Below, piece by piece: positions 48,701 through 61,495 of a stretch of DNA of 64,000 nt. The position numbers and the translations under genes were made by a program. The notes under the pieces were generated by a model, which worked only from the letters and a program-made list of their open reading frames with translations, was not told the origin of the DNA and searched no databases. Source of the stretch: Squalus acanthias (taxonomy: Eukaryota); the NCBI GenBank assembly GCA_030390025.1, contig JASTWF010000330.1, positions 372,001 through 436,000 of the forward strand. Direction: 5' to 3'. How positions within the stretch are numbered: the stretch's first letter is position 1; every line of letters starts with the position of its first letter.

Positions 48701-51700
48701 GTGTCCCTCTCCCCTCAGGAACTGCGGTCCACTCCCCTCAGGAACTGTGTCCCACTCCCCTCAGGAACTGTGTCCCACTCCCCTCAGGAACTGTGTCCAC
48801 TCCCCTCAGGAACTGTGTCCCACTCCCCTCAGGAACTGTATCCCTCTCCCGTCAGGAACTGTGTCCCTCTCCCCTCCGGAACTGTGTCCACTCCCCTCAG
48901 GAACTGTGTCCCACTCCCCTCAGGAACTGTGTCCCACTCCCCTCAGGAACTGTGTCCCTCTCCCCTCAGGAACTGTGTCCCACTCCCCTCAGGAACTGTG
49001 TCCCACTCCCCTCAGGAACTGTGCCCCTCTCCCCTCCGGAACTGTGTCCACTCCCCTCAGGAACTGTGTCCCACTCCCCTCAGGAACTGTGTCCCACACC
49101 CCTCAGGAACTGTGTCCCACTCCCCTCCGGAACTGTGTCCACTCCCCTCAGGAACTGTGTCCCACTCCCCTCAGGAACTGTGTCCCACTCCCCACAGAAA
49201 CTGTAACCCTCTCCCCTCAGGAACTGTGTCCACTCCCCTCAAGAACTGTGTCCACTCCCCTCAGGAACTGTGTCCCACTCCCCTCAGGAACTGTGTCCAC
49301 TCCCCTCAGGAACTGTGTCCCACTCCCCTCAGGAACTGTGTCCACTCCCCTCAGGAACTGTGTCCACTCCCCTCAGGAACTGTGTCCACTCACCTCAGGA
49401 ACTGTGTCCACGCCCCTCAGGAACTGTGTCCACTCCCCTCAGGAACCGTGTCCACTCCCCTCAGGAACTGTGTCCCTCTTCCCTCAGGAACTGTGTCCAC
49501 TCCCCTCAGGAAATGTGTCCCTCTCCCCTCAGGAACTGTGTCCCTCTCCCCTCAGGAACTGTGTCCCTCTCCCCTCAGGAACTGTGTCCCACTCCCCTCA
49601 GGAACTGTGTCCACTCACCTCAGGAACAGTATCCCTCTCCCCACAGGAACTGTGTCCCACTCCCCTCAGGAACTGTGTCCCACTCCCCTCAGGAACTGTG
49701 TCCCACTCCCCACAGGAACTGTGTCCCAAACCCCTCAGGAGCTGTGTCCACACCCTCAGGAACTGTGTCCCTCTCCCCTCAGGAACTGCGGTCCACTCCC
49801 CTCAGGAACTGTGTCCCACTCCCCTCAGGGACTGTGTCCCACTCCCCTCAGGAACTGTGTCCCACTCCCCTCAGGAACTGTGTCCCACTCCCCTCAGGAA
49901 CTGTGTCCCACTCCCCTCAGGAACTGCATCCCACTCCCCTCAGTAACTGTGTTCCACTCACCTCAGTAACTGTGTACCACTCCCCTCAGGAACTGTGTCC
50001 CACTCCCCTCAGGAGCTGTGTCCCTCTCCCCTCAGGAAATGTGTCCCACTCCTCTCAGGAACTGTGTCCCACTCCCCTCAGGAACTGTGTCCCACTCCCC
50101 TCAGGAACTGTGTCCCACTCCCCTCAGGAACTGTGTTCCACTCACCTCAGTAACTGTGTCCCACTCCCCTCAGGAACTGTGTCCCACTCGCCTCAGGAGC
50201 TGTGTCCCACTCCCCTCAGGAACTGTGTCCCACTCCCCTCAGGAACTGTGTCCCACTCCCCTCAGGAACTGTGTCCCACTCCCCTCAGGAAATCTGTCCC
50301 ACTCCACTCAGGAACTGTGTCCCACTCCCCTCAGGAACTGTGTCCCACTCCCCTCAGGAACTGTGTCCCACTCCCCTCAGGAACTGTGTCCCACTCCCCT
50401 CAGGAACTGTGTCCCACTCCCCTCAGGAACTGTGTCGCACTTCACTCAGAAACTGTGTGCAACTCCCCTCAGGAACTGTGTCCCTCTCCCCTCAGGAACA
50501 GCGTCCCACTCCCCTCAGGAACTGTGTCCCACTCCCCTCAGAAACTGTGTCACACTCCCCTCAGGAACTGTGTCCCACTCCCCTCAGGAACTGTGTCCCA
50601 CTCCCCTCAGGAACTGTGTCCCACTCCCCTCAGGAACTGTGTCCCACTCCCCTCAGTAACTGTGTCCCACTCCCCTCAGAAACTGTGTCCACTCCCCTCA
50701 GGAACTGTGTCCCACTCCCCTCAGGAACTGTGTCCCACTCCCCTCAGGAACTGTGTCCCACTCCCCTCAGGAAATGTGTCCCACTCCCCTCAGGAACTGT
50801 GTGCCACTCCCCTCAGGAACTGTGTCCCACTCCCCTCAGGAACTGTGTCCCACTCCCCTCAGGAACTGTGTCCCACTCCCCTCAGGAACTGTGTCCCACT
50901 CCCCACAGGAACTGTGTCCCACTCCCCTCAGGAACTGTGTCCCACTCCCCTCAGAAACTGTGTCCCCCTCCCCTCAGGAACTGTGTCCCCCTCCCCTCAG
51001 GAACTGTGTCCCACTCCCCTCAGGAACTGTGTCCAACTCCCCTCAGGAACTGTATCCCCCTCCCCTCAGGAACTGTGTCCCACTCCCCTCAGGAACTGTG
51101 TCCCACTCCCCTCAGGAACTGTGTCCCACTCCTCTCTGGAACTGTGTCCCACTCCCCTCAGGAACTGCGTTCTACTCCCCTCAGGAACTGTGTCCCACTC
51201 CCCTCAGGAACTGTGTCCCACTCCCCACAGAAACTGTAACCCTCTCCCCTCAGGAACTGTGTCCACTCCCCTCAGAACTGTGTCCACTCCCCTCAGGAAC
51301 TGTGTCCCACTCCCCTCAGGAACTGTGTCCCACTCCCCTCAGGAACTGTGTCCACTCCCCTCAGGAACTGTGTCCACTCCCCTCAGGAACTGTGTCCACT
51401 CCCCTCAGGAACTGTGTCCCACTCACCTCAGGAACTGTGTCCACGCCCCTCAGGAACTGTGTCCACTCCCCTCAGGAACCGTGTCCACTCCCCTCAGGAA
51501 CTGTGTCCCTCTTCCCTCAGGAACTGTGTCCACTCCCCTCAGGAACTGTGTCCCTCTCCCCTCAGGAACTGTGTCCCTCTCCCCTCAGGAACTGTGTCCC
51601 TCTCCCCTCAGGAACTGTGTCCCACTCCCCTCAGGAACTGTGTCCACTCCCCTCAGGAACAGTATCCCTCTCCCCACAGGAACTGTGTCCCACTCCCCTC

Positions 51701-54700
51701 AGGAACTGTGTCCCACTCCCCTCAGGAACTGTGTCCCACTCCCCACAGGAACTGTGTCCCACACCCCTCAGGAGCTGTGTCCACACCCTCAGGAACTGTG
51801 TCCCTCTCCCCTCAGGAACTGCGGTCCACTCCCCTCAGGAACTGTGTCCCACTCCCCTCAGGGACTGTGTCCCACTCCCCTCAGGAACTGTGTCCCACTC
51901 CCCTCAGGAACTGTGTCCCACTCCCCTCAGGAACTGTGTCCACTCCCCTCAGGAACTGTGTCCCACTCCCCTCAGGAACTGTGTCCCACTCCCCTCAGGA
52001 ACTGTGTCCCACTCCCCTCAGGAACTGTGTCCACTCCCCTCAGGAACTGTGTCCCACTCCCCTCAGGAACTGTGTCCCACTCCCCTCAGGAACTGTGTCC
52101 CACTCCCCTCAGGAACTGTGTCCCACTCCCCTCAGGAACTGTGTCCCACTCCCCTCAGGAACTGTGTCCCACTCCCCTCAGGAACTGTGTCCCACTCCCC
52201 TCAGGAACTGTGTCCCACTCCCCTCAGGAACTGTGTCCCACTCCCCTCAGGAACTGTGTCCCACTCCCCTCAGGAACTGTGTCCACTCCCCTCAGGAACT
52301 GTGTCCCACTCCCCTCAGGAACTGTGTCCCACTCCCCTCAGGAACTGTGTCCCACTCCCCTCAGGAACTGTGTCCCACTCCCCTCAGGAACTGTGTCCCA
52401 CTCCCTCAGGAACTGTGTCCCACTCCCCTCAGGAACTGTGTCCCACTCGCCTCAGGAGCTGTGTCCCACTCCCCTCAGGAACTGTGTCCCACTCCCCTCA
52501 GGAACTGTGTCCCACTCCCCTCAGGAACTGTGTCCCACTCCCCTCAGGAACTGTGTCCCACTCCCCTCAGGAACTGTGTCCCACTCCCCTCAGGAACTGT
52601 GTCGCACTCCACTCAGAAACAGTGTGCAACTCCCCTCAGGAACTGTGTCCCACTCCCCTCAGAAACTGTGTCACACTCCCCTCAGGAACTGTGTCCCACT
52701 CCCCTCAGGAACTGTGTCCAACTCCCCTCAGGAACTGTGTCCCACTCCCCTCAGAAACTGTGTCACACTCCCCTCAGGAATTGTGTCCCACTCCCCTCAG
52801 GAACTGTGTCCCACTCCCCTCAGGAACTGTGTCCCACTCCCCTCAGGAACTGTGTCCCACTCCCCTCAGGAAATGTGTCCCACTCCCCTCAGGAACTGTG
52901 TCCCACTCCCCTCAGGAACTGTGTCCCACTCCCCTCAGGAACTGTATCCCCCTCCCCTCAGGAACTGTGTCCCACTCCCCTTAGGAACTGTGTCCCACTC
53001 CCCTCAGGAACTGTGTCCCATTCCTCTCTGGAACTGTGTCCCACTCCCCTCAGGAACTGCGTTCTACTCCCCACAGAAACTGTGTCCCACTCCCCTCAGG
53101 AACTGTGTCCCACTCCCCACAGAAACTGTAACCCTCTCCCCTCAGGAACTGTGTCCACTCCCCTCAAGAACTGTGTCCACTCCCCTCAGGAACTGTGTCC
53201 CACTCCCCTCAGGAACTGTGTCCACTCCCCTCAGGAACTGTGTCCACTCCCCTCAGGAACTGTGTCCACTCCCCTCAGGAACTGTGTCCGCTCCCCTCAG
53301 GAACTGTGTCCACTCCCCTCAGGAACTGTGTCCACTCACCTCAGGAACTGTGTCCCTCTCCCCTCAGGAACTGTGTCCCTCTCCCCTCAGGAACTGTGTC
53401 CCTCTCCCCTCAGGAACTGTGTCCCACTCCCCTCAGGAACTGTGTCCACTCCCCTCAGGAACAGTATCCCTCTCCCCACAGGAACTGTGTCCCACTCCCC
53501 TCAGGAACTGTGTCCCACTCCCCTCAGGAACTGTGTCCCACTCCCCACAGGAACTGTGTCCCACACCCCTCAGGAGCTGTGTCCACACCCTCAGGAACTG
53601 TGTCCCTCTCCCCTCAGGAACTGCGGTCCACTCCCCTCAGGAACTGTGTCCCACTCCCCTCAGGGACTGTGTCCCACTCCCCTCAGGAACTGTGTCCCAC
53701 TCCCCTCAGGAACTGTGTCCCACTCCCCTCAGGAACAGCATCCCACTCCCCTCAGTAACTGTGTACCACTCCCCTCAGGAACTGTGTCCGACTCCCCTCA
53801 GGAGCTGTGTCCCACTCCCCTCAGGAACTGTGTCCCACTCCCCTCAGGAACTGTGTCCCACTCCCCTCAGGAACTGTGTCCCACTCCCCTCAGGAACTGT
53901 GTCCCACTCCCCTCAGGAACTGTGTTCCACTCACCTCAGTAACTGTGTACCACTCCCCTCAGGAACTGTGTCCCACTCGCCTCAGGAGCTGTGTCCCACT
54001 CCCCTCAGGAACTGTGTCCCACTCCCCTCAGGAACTGTGTTCCACTCACCTCAGTAACTGTGTCCCACTCCCCTCAGGAACTGTGTTCCACTCGCCTCAG
54101 TAACTGTGTACCACTCCCCTCAGGAACTGTGTCCCACTCGCCTCAGGAGCTGTGTCCCACTCCCCTCAGGAACTGTGTCCCACTCCCCTCAGGAACTGTG
54201 TCCCACTCCCCTCAGGAACTGTGTCCCACTCCCCTCAGGAACTGTGTCCCACTCCCCACAGGAACTATGTTCCACTCACCTCAGTAACTGTGTCCCACTC
54301 CCCTCAGGAACTGTGTCCCACTCGCCTCAGGAACTGTGTCCCACTCCCCTCAGGAACTGTGTCCCACTCCCCTCAGGAACTGTGTCCCACTCCCCTCAGG
54401 AACTGTGTCCCACTCCCCTCAGGAACTGTGTCCCACTCCCCTCAGGAACTCTGTCCCACTCCCCTCAGGAACTGTGTCCCCCTCCCCTCAGGAACTGTGT
54501 CCCACTCCCCTCAGGAACTGTGTCCCACTCCCCTCAGGAACTGTGTCCCACTCCCCTCAGGAACTGTGTCCCACTCCGCTCAGGAACTGTGTCCCACTCC
54601 CCTCAGGAACTGTGTCCCACTCCCCTCAGGAACTGTGTCCCACTCCCCTCAGGAACTGTGTCCCACTCCCCTCAGGAACTGTGTCCCACTCCCCTCAGGA

Positions 54701-55150
54701 ACTGTGTCCCACTCCCCTCAGAACTGTGTCCCACTCCCCTCAGGAACTGTGTCCCACTCCCCTCAGGAACTGTGTCCCACTCCCCTCAGGAACTGTGTCC
54801 CACTCCCCTCAGGAACTGTGTCCCACTCCCCTCAGGAACTGTGTCCCACTCCCCTCAGGAACTGTGTCCCACTCCCCTCAGGAACTGTGTCCCACTCACC
54901 TCAGAAACTGTGTCCCCCTCCCCTCAGGAACTGTGTCCCCCTCCCCTCAGGAACTGTGTCCCACTCCCCTCAGGAACTGTGTCCCACTCCCCTCAGGAAC
55001 TGTGTCCCACTCCTCTCTGGAACTGTGTCCCACTCCCCTCAGGAACTGTGTCCCACTCCCCTCAGGAACTGTGTCCCACTCCCCTCAGGAACTGCGTTCT
55101 ACTCCCCACAGAAACTGTGTCTCACTCCCCTGAGGATCTGTGTCCCACTC
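39705..55150. repeat. About 15.4-kb expansion of 23-bp unit 2 (with 22-bp variants) in the B5-B4 intron
   Basis: Continuous AGGAACTGTGTCC(C)ACTCCCCTC array, interrupted only by a SINE at about 47.1-47.5 kb. Confidence 0.97.
47103..47498 (+). mobile_element. tRNA-derived V-domain SINE (shark HE1-like), 5'-truncated, with a CR1-type tail
   Basis: B-box GGTTCGAATC near 47118. V-domain gtgtggagtttgcacattctccccgtgtctgcgtgggtttcctccgggtgctccggtttcctcccaca. 3' end cagccatgatcgtattgaatggcggagcaggctcga...(TTTCTATG)n. TGTGTC flanks both sides (47097-47102 and 47497-47502). Confidence 0.88.
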
Positions 55151-55520
55151 CCCTCAGTCTCCTCACACACTCACCACAGTCTCCTCATCCCACTCCCCTC
55201 AGCCTCCTCATTCCACTCCGCTCAGTCTCCTGACCCCATCACCTCAGTCTCCTCATCCCACTCCTATCTGTCTCCTCATCCCACTCCCCTCAGTCACCTC
55301 ATTCCACTCCCTACAGTTCCCACATCCCACTCCCCTCAGTCTCCTCATCCCACTCCCCTCAGTCTCCACATCCCACTCCCCTCAGTCCCCTCATCCCACG
55401 ACCACAAGTCTCCTCCTCCCACTCTCTCAGTAAAAGATTGGATGAATCTCCGGGAATTAGGTTTTCAGGAGTCACATTGTGTGAACAGACTGTAAACAAT
55501 GGGCCCCACAAGACAGATAC

Positions 55521-55616
55521 CTGAGGCTGCAGACACTGCTGGGGTAGTGGCTGAACGGTCAGCAGATTCTTGATTTGGTTGTTCCTCGGTTTCCTGATTT
55601 GGGGACGTGGACGGAC
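55521..55616 (-). CDS. Mucin-like repeat exon B5
   Basis: AG/GT, 96 bp. GPSTSPNQETEEQPNQESADRSATTPAVSAAS. Confidence 0.8.
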
Positions 55617-56692
55617 CTGTAATAAAGGAAAAGAGAGATTGGAGAGTGGAGGAGTGAAGAACACCAGAACAGGTCACCAGACTGGGACTAGAGCTGGAGA
55701 ATGTCAGACACCAGTCTTTATATAACCCAGAATCACCCAATCCCATCCCCACAGGAACTGTGTCCCACTCCCCTCAGGAACTGTGTCCAACTCCCCTCAG
55801 GAACTGTGTTCCACTCCCCTCAGGAACTGCGTCCCATTCCCCTCAGGAACTGTGTTCCACTCCCCTCAGGAACTGCGTCCCACTCCCCTCAGGAACTGTG
55901 TCCAACTCTCCTCAGGAACTGTGTTCCACTCCCCTCAGGAACTGTGTCCCACTCCCCTCAGGAACTGTGTTCCACTCCCCTCAGGAACTGCGTCCCACTC
56001 CCCTCAGGAACTGAGTCCCACTCCCCTCAGGAACTGCGTCCCACTCCCCTCAGGAACTGTGTCCCACTCCCCTCAGGAACTGTGTCCCACTCCCCTCAGG
56101 AACCGTGTTCCACTCCCCTCAGGAACTGTATTCCACTCCCCTCAGGAATTGTGTCCCACTCCCCTCAGGAACTGAGTCCCACTCCCATCAGTCTCCTCAT
56201 CCCATTCCGTTCAGTTCCCTAATCCCACTCCTCTGAGTCTCCACATCTCACTCCTCTCAGTCCCCTCATCCCACTCCCCTCAGGCTCCTCATCACACTAC
56301 CCTCAGTTCCTCATCCAAATCCCCTCAGACTCGTCAAACCACTCCGCTCAGTCCCCTCATCCCACTACCCTCAGTCTCCTCATGCAACTCCCCTCAGTTC
56401 CCTCATCCCACTCCCCTCAGTCTCCTCATCCTACTCCGCTCAGTCTCCTCATACCACTCCCTTCGGTCTCCTCATCCCACTACCCTCAGGCTCCTCATCC
56501 CACTACCCACAGTCTCCTCATCCAAATCCCCTCAGGCTCGTCATCCCACACCCCTCAGTCCCCTCATCCCACTCGCCTCAGTCACGATACCCACTCCCTG
56601 AGTAAGAGATTGGATGAATCTCCGGGAATGATGTTTTCAGGAGTCACATTGAGTGAACAGACTGTAAACAATGGGCCCCACAAGACAGATAC

Positions 56693-56788
56693 CTGAGGCT
56701 GCAGACACTGCTGGGGTAGTGGATGAACCGTCAGCAGATTCTTGAGTTGTTTGTTCCTCCGTTTCCTGAATTGGGTAGGTGGCCGGTC
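56693..56788 (-). CDS. Mucin-like repeat exon B6
   Basis: AG/GT, 96 bp. GPATYPIQETEEQTTQESADGSSTTPAVSAAS. Confidence 0.8.
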
Positions 56789-58346
56789 CTGTAATAAAGG
56801 AAGAGAGAGATTGGAGAGTGGAGGAGTGATGAACACCAGAACAGGTCACCAGACTGAGACGAGAGCTGGAGAATGTCAGACACCAGTCTTGAAAAAACCC
56901 AGAATCATCCAATCCCACTCCCCTCAGGCACTGTGTCCCACTCCCCTCAGGAACTGTGTCGCAATCCCCTCAGGAACTGTGTCCCACACCCTCAGGAACT
57001 GTGTCCCACTCCCCTCTGGAACTGTGACCCACTCCCCTCAGGAACTGTCTCCCACTCCCCTCAGGAACTGTGTCCCACTCCCCTCAGGAACTGTTCCCAC
57101 TCCCCTCAGGAACTGTGTCCCACTCCCCTCAGGAACTGTGTCCCACTCCCCTCAGGAACTGTGTCCAACTCCCCTCAGGAACTATGTCCCACTCCCCTCA
57201 GGAACAGCGTCCCACTCCCCTCAGGAACTGTGTCCCACTCCCCTCAGGAACTGTGTCCCACTCCCCTCAGGAACCTCGTCCCACTCCCCTCAGGAACTGT
57301 GTCCCACTCCCCTCAGGAACCTCGTCCCACTCCCATCAGGAACTGTGACCCACTCCCCTCAGAAACTGCGTCCCACTCCCCTCAGGAACTGTGTCCCACT
57401 CCCCTCAGGAACTGTGTCCCACTCCCCTCAGGAACTGTGTCCCACTCCCCTCATAACTGTGTCCCTCTCCCCTCAGGAACTGTGTCCCACTCATCTCAGG
57501 AACTGTGTCCCACTCCCCTCAGGAACTGTGACCAACTCCATTCTGAAACTGTGGCCCTCTCCCCTCAGGAACTGTGTCCCACTCCCCTCAGGAACTGTGT
57601 CCCACTCCCCTCAGGAACTGTGTCCCACTCCTCTCAGGAACTGTGTCCCACTCCCCTCAGGAACTGTGACCCACTCCCCTCAGGAACTGTGTCCCACTCC
57701 CCTCAGGAACTGGGTCCCACTCCCCTCAGAAACTCTGTCCCACTCCCCTCAGCAAATGCATCCCACTCCCCTCAGGAACTGTGTCCAACTCCCCTCAGGA
57801 ACCTCGATCCACTCGCCTCAGGAACTGTGTCCCACTCCCCTCAGAAACTGCGTCCCACTCCCCTCAGGAACCTCGTTCCACTCACCTCAGGAACTGTGAC
57901 CCACTTCCCTCAGGAACTGTGACCCACTCCCATCAGGAACTGTGTCCCACTCCCCTTAGGAACTGTGTCCCACTCCCATCAGGAACTGTGTCCCACTCCC
58001 ATCAGGAACTGTGTCCCACTCCCCTCAGGAACTGTGTCCCACTCCCCTCAGGAACAGTGTCCCACTCCCCTCAGATTCCTCATTCCACTCCCCTCAGTCC
58101 CCTCATCCACTCCCCTCAGTCTCCTCATCCCACTCCCCTCAGCCTCCTCATCCCACTCCCCTCAGTCTCCTCATCCCACTCCCCTCAGTCTCCACATCCC
58201 ACTCCCCTCAGTCTCCTCATCCCACGACCACAAGTCTCCTCATCCCACTCCCTCAGTAAGAGATTGGATGAATCTCCGGGAATGAGGTTTTCAGGAGTCA
58301 CATTGTGTGAACAGACTGTAAACAATGGGCCCCACAAGACAGATAC

Positions 58347-58442
58347 CTGAGGCTGCAGACACTGCTGGGATAGTGGCTGAACGGTCAGCAGATTCTTGAT
58401 TTGGTTGTTCCTCGGTTTCCTGATTTGGGGACCTGGCCGGAC
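58347..58442 (-). CDS. Mucin-like repeat exon B7
   Basis: AG/GT, 96 bp. GPARSPNQETEEQPNQESADRSATIPAVSAAS. Confidence 0.8.
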
Positions 58443-61399
58443 CTGTAATAAAGGAAGAGAGAGATTGGAGAGTGGAGGAGTGAAGAACACCAGAACAGGT
58501 CACCAGACTGAGACTAGACCTGGAGAATGTCAGACACCAGTCTTTATATAACCCAGAATCATACAATCCCACTCCCCTCAGGAACAGTGTCCCACTCCCC
58601 TCAGGAACTGTGTCCAACTCCCCTCAGGAACTGTGTCCCACTCCCCTCAGGAACTGTGTCCCACTCCCCTCAGGAACTGTGTCCCACTCCCCTCAGGAAC
58701 TGAGTCCCACTCCCCTCAGGAACTGTGTTCCTTTCCCCTCAGGAACTGTGTCCCACTCCCCTCAGGAACTGTGTCCCACTCCCGTCAGTAACTGTGTCCC
58801 ACTCCCCTCAGGAACTGTGTCCCACTCCCGTCAGTAACTGTGTCCCACTCCCCTCGGGAACTGTGTCCCACTCCCCTCAGTAACTGTGTCCCACTCCTCT
58901 CAGGAATTGGGTCCCACTTCCCTCAGGAACTGTGTTCCTTTCCCCTCAGAAACTGTGTCCCACTCCCCTCAGGAACTGTGTCCCACTCCCGTCAGGAACT
59001 GTGTCCCACTCCCCTCAGGAACTGTGTCCCACTCCCCTCAGGAACTGTGTCCCATCCCCTCAGAAACTGTGTCCCACTCTCCTCAGGAACTGTGTCCCAC
59101 TCCCCTCAGGAACTGTGTCCATCTCCCCTCAGGAACTGTGTCCCACTCCCCTCAGGAACTGTGTCCCACTCCCGTCAGTAACTGTGTCCCACTCCCCTCA
59201 GGAACTGTGTCCCACTCCCCTCAGGATCTGCGACTTACTCCCCTCAGGAACTGCGTCCCACTCCCCTCAGGAACTGTGTCCCACTCCCCTCAGAATCTCT
59301 GTCCCACTCCCCTCAGGAACTGTGTCCCACTCCCCTCAGGATCTGCGACTTACTCCCCTCAGGAACTGCGTCCCACTCCCCTAGGAACTGCGTCCCACTC
59401 CCCTCAGGATCTGCGTCCCACTCCCCTCAGAAACTGCGTCACACTCCCCTCAGGAACTGTGTCCCACTCCCCTCAGGAACCGTGTCCCTCTCCCCTCAGT
59501 CTCCACGTACCACTTCCCTCTTTCTCCTCATCCCATCCCCTCAGTCTCCACATCCCACTCAACTCAGACACCTCATCCAACTCTACTCAGAGTCCTCATC
59601 CCACTCCCCTCAGACCCCTCATGCCACTCTCCTCAGTCTCCTCATCCCTCTCCCCTCAGTCTCCTCATCCCACTCCCCTCAGTCTCCTCATTCCACTACC
59701 CTCAGTCTCCTCATCCCTCTCCCCTCAGTCTCCTCATCCCACTCCCCTCAGTCTCCTCATCCCACTCCCCTCAGTCTCCTCATCCCACTCCCCTCAGTCC
59801 CCTCATCCCCATCCGATCAGTCTCCTCATCCCACTCCCCTCAGTCTCCTCATCCCACTCCACTCTGTCTCCTCATCCCCTTCACTCAGTCTCCTCATCCC
59901 ACTCCCCTCAGTCTCCTCTTCCCACTCCCCTCAGTCTCCTCATCCCACTCCCCTCAGTCTCCTCATCCCACTCCCCTCAGTCTCCTCATCCCCATCCGCT
60001 CAGTCTCCTCATCCCATTCCCCTCTGTCTCCTCATTCCCATCCGCTCAGTCTCCTCATCCCACTCCCCTCAGTCTCCTCATCCCACTCCCCTCAGTCTCC
60101 TCATCCCACTCCCCTCAGTCTCCTCATCGCCATCCGCTCAGTCTCCTCATCCCACTCCCCTCAGTCTCCTCATCCCCATCCGCTCAGGCTCCTCATCCCC
60201 ATCCGCTCAGTCTCCTCATCCCGCTCCCCTCAGTCTCCTCATTCCACTACCCCTCAGTCTCATCATCCCACTCCCCTCAGTCTCATCATCCCACTCCCCT
60301 CAGTCTCCTCCTCCCACTCCCCTCAGTCTCCTCATCCCACTCCCCTCAGTCTCCTCATCCCACTCCCCTCGGTCTCCTCATTCCACTCCCCTCAGTCTCC
60401 TCATCCCGCTTCCCTGAGTCTCCTCACCCTAAACCTCTCCATCTCCTCATCCCACTCAACTCAGACTACTCATCCCACTCCACTCAGACCCCTGACCTCA
60501 CTCCACTCAGACTCCTCATCCCACTCCCCTCAGTCTCCTCATCCCGCTCCCCACAGTGCCCTCATCCCGCACCCTTCAGTCTCCACATCCATCCGCTCAG
60601 TGTAGGCATCCCACTCCCCTCAGTCTCCTCATCCCACTCCCCTCAGTCTACAATTCCACTCCACTCAGTCTCATCATCCCACTCTCCTCCGTCTCCTCAT
60701 TCCACACCCTTCAGTCTCCTCACCCCACTCCCATCAGTCTCCTCTTCCCACTGCCCTCAGTCTCCTCATCCCACTCCCCTCAGTCTCCTCATCCCACTCA
60801 CCTCTGTCTCCTCAACGCACTCCCCTCAGTCTCCTCATCCCACTCCCCTAAGTCTCCTCATCCCACTCACCTCTGTCTCCTCATCCCACTCCCCTCAGTC
60901 TCCTCATCCAACTCCCCTCAGTCTCCTCATCCCACTCCCGTCAGTCTCATCATCCCACTCCCCTCAGTCTCCTCATCCCACTCACCTCTGTCTCCTCATC
61001 CCACTTCCCTCAGTCTCCTCATCCAACTCCCCTCAGTCTCCTCATTCCACACCCCTCAGTTTCCACGTCCCACTCCCCTCAGTCACGTCATCCCACTCCC
61101 CTCAGTCTCCTCATCCCACTCCGCTCAGTCTCCTCTTCCAACTCCCCTCAGGCCCCTCATCCCACTCCCCTAACACTCCTCATCCTCTCCCCTCAGTTTC
61201 CTCATCCCACTCCCCTCAGTCTCCTCATCCTACTCGCCTCATTCACCTCATCCCACTCCCCTCAGTCCCCTCATCCCACTCCCCTCCTTCACGATACCCA
61301 CTCCCTCAGTAAGAGATTGGATAAATCTCCGGGAATGAGGTTTACAGGAGTCACATTGAGTGAAGAGCCTGTAAACAATGCGCCCCACAAGACAGATAC

Positions 61400-61495
61400 C
61401 TGAGGCTGCAATCCCTGCTGGGATAGTGGATGAACCGTCCGCAGATTCTTGAGTTGGTTGTTCCTCCGTTTCCTGATTTGGGTAGGTGGCCAGTC
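61400..61495 (-). CDS. Mucin-like repeat exon B8
   Basis: AG/GT, 96 bp. GLATYPNQETEEQPTQESADGSSTIPAGIAAS. Confidence 0.8.

Noticed and set aside
12883..61495. CRISPR-like array, or dispersed SINE, as an explanation for conserved units separated by variable spacers
   Set aside because: The context is eukaryotic, the units are about 300 bp with splice sites, and the spacers are satellites. There are no cas genes, Pol III boxes, tails or TSDs on the units.
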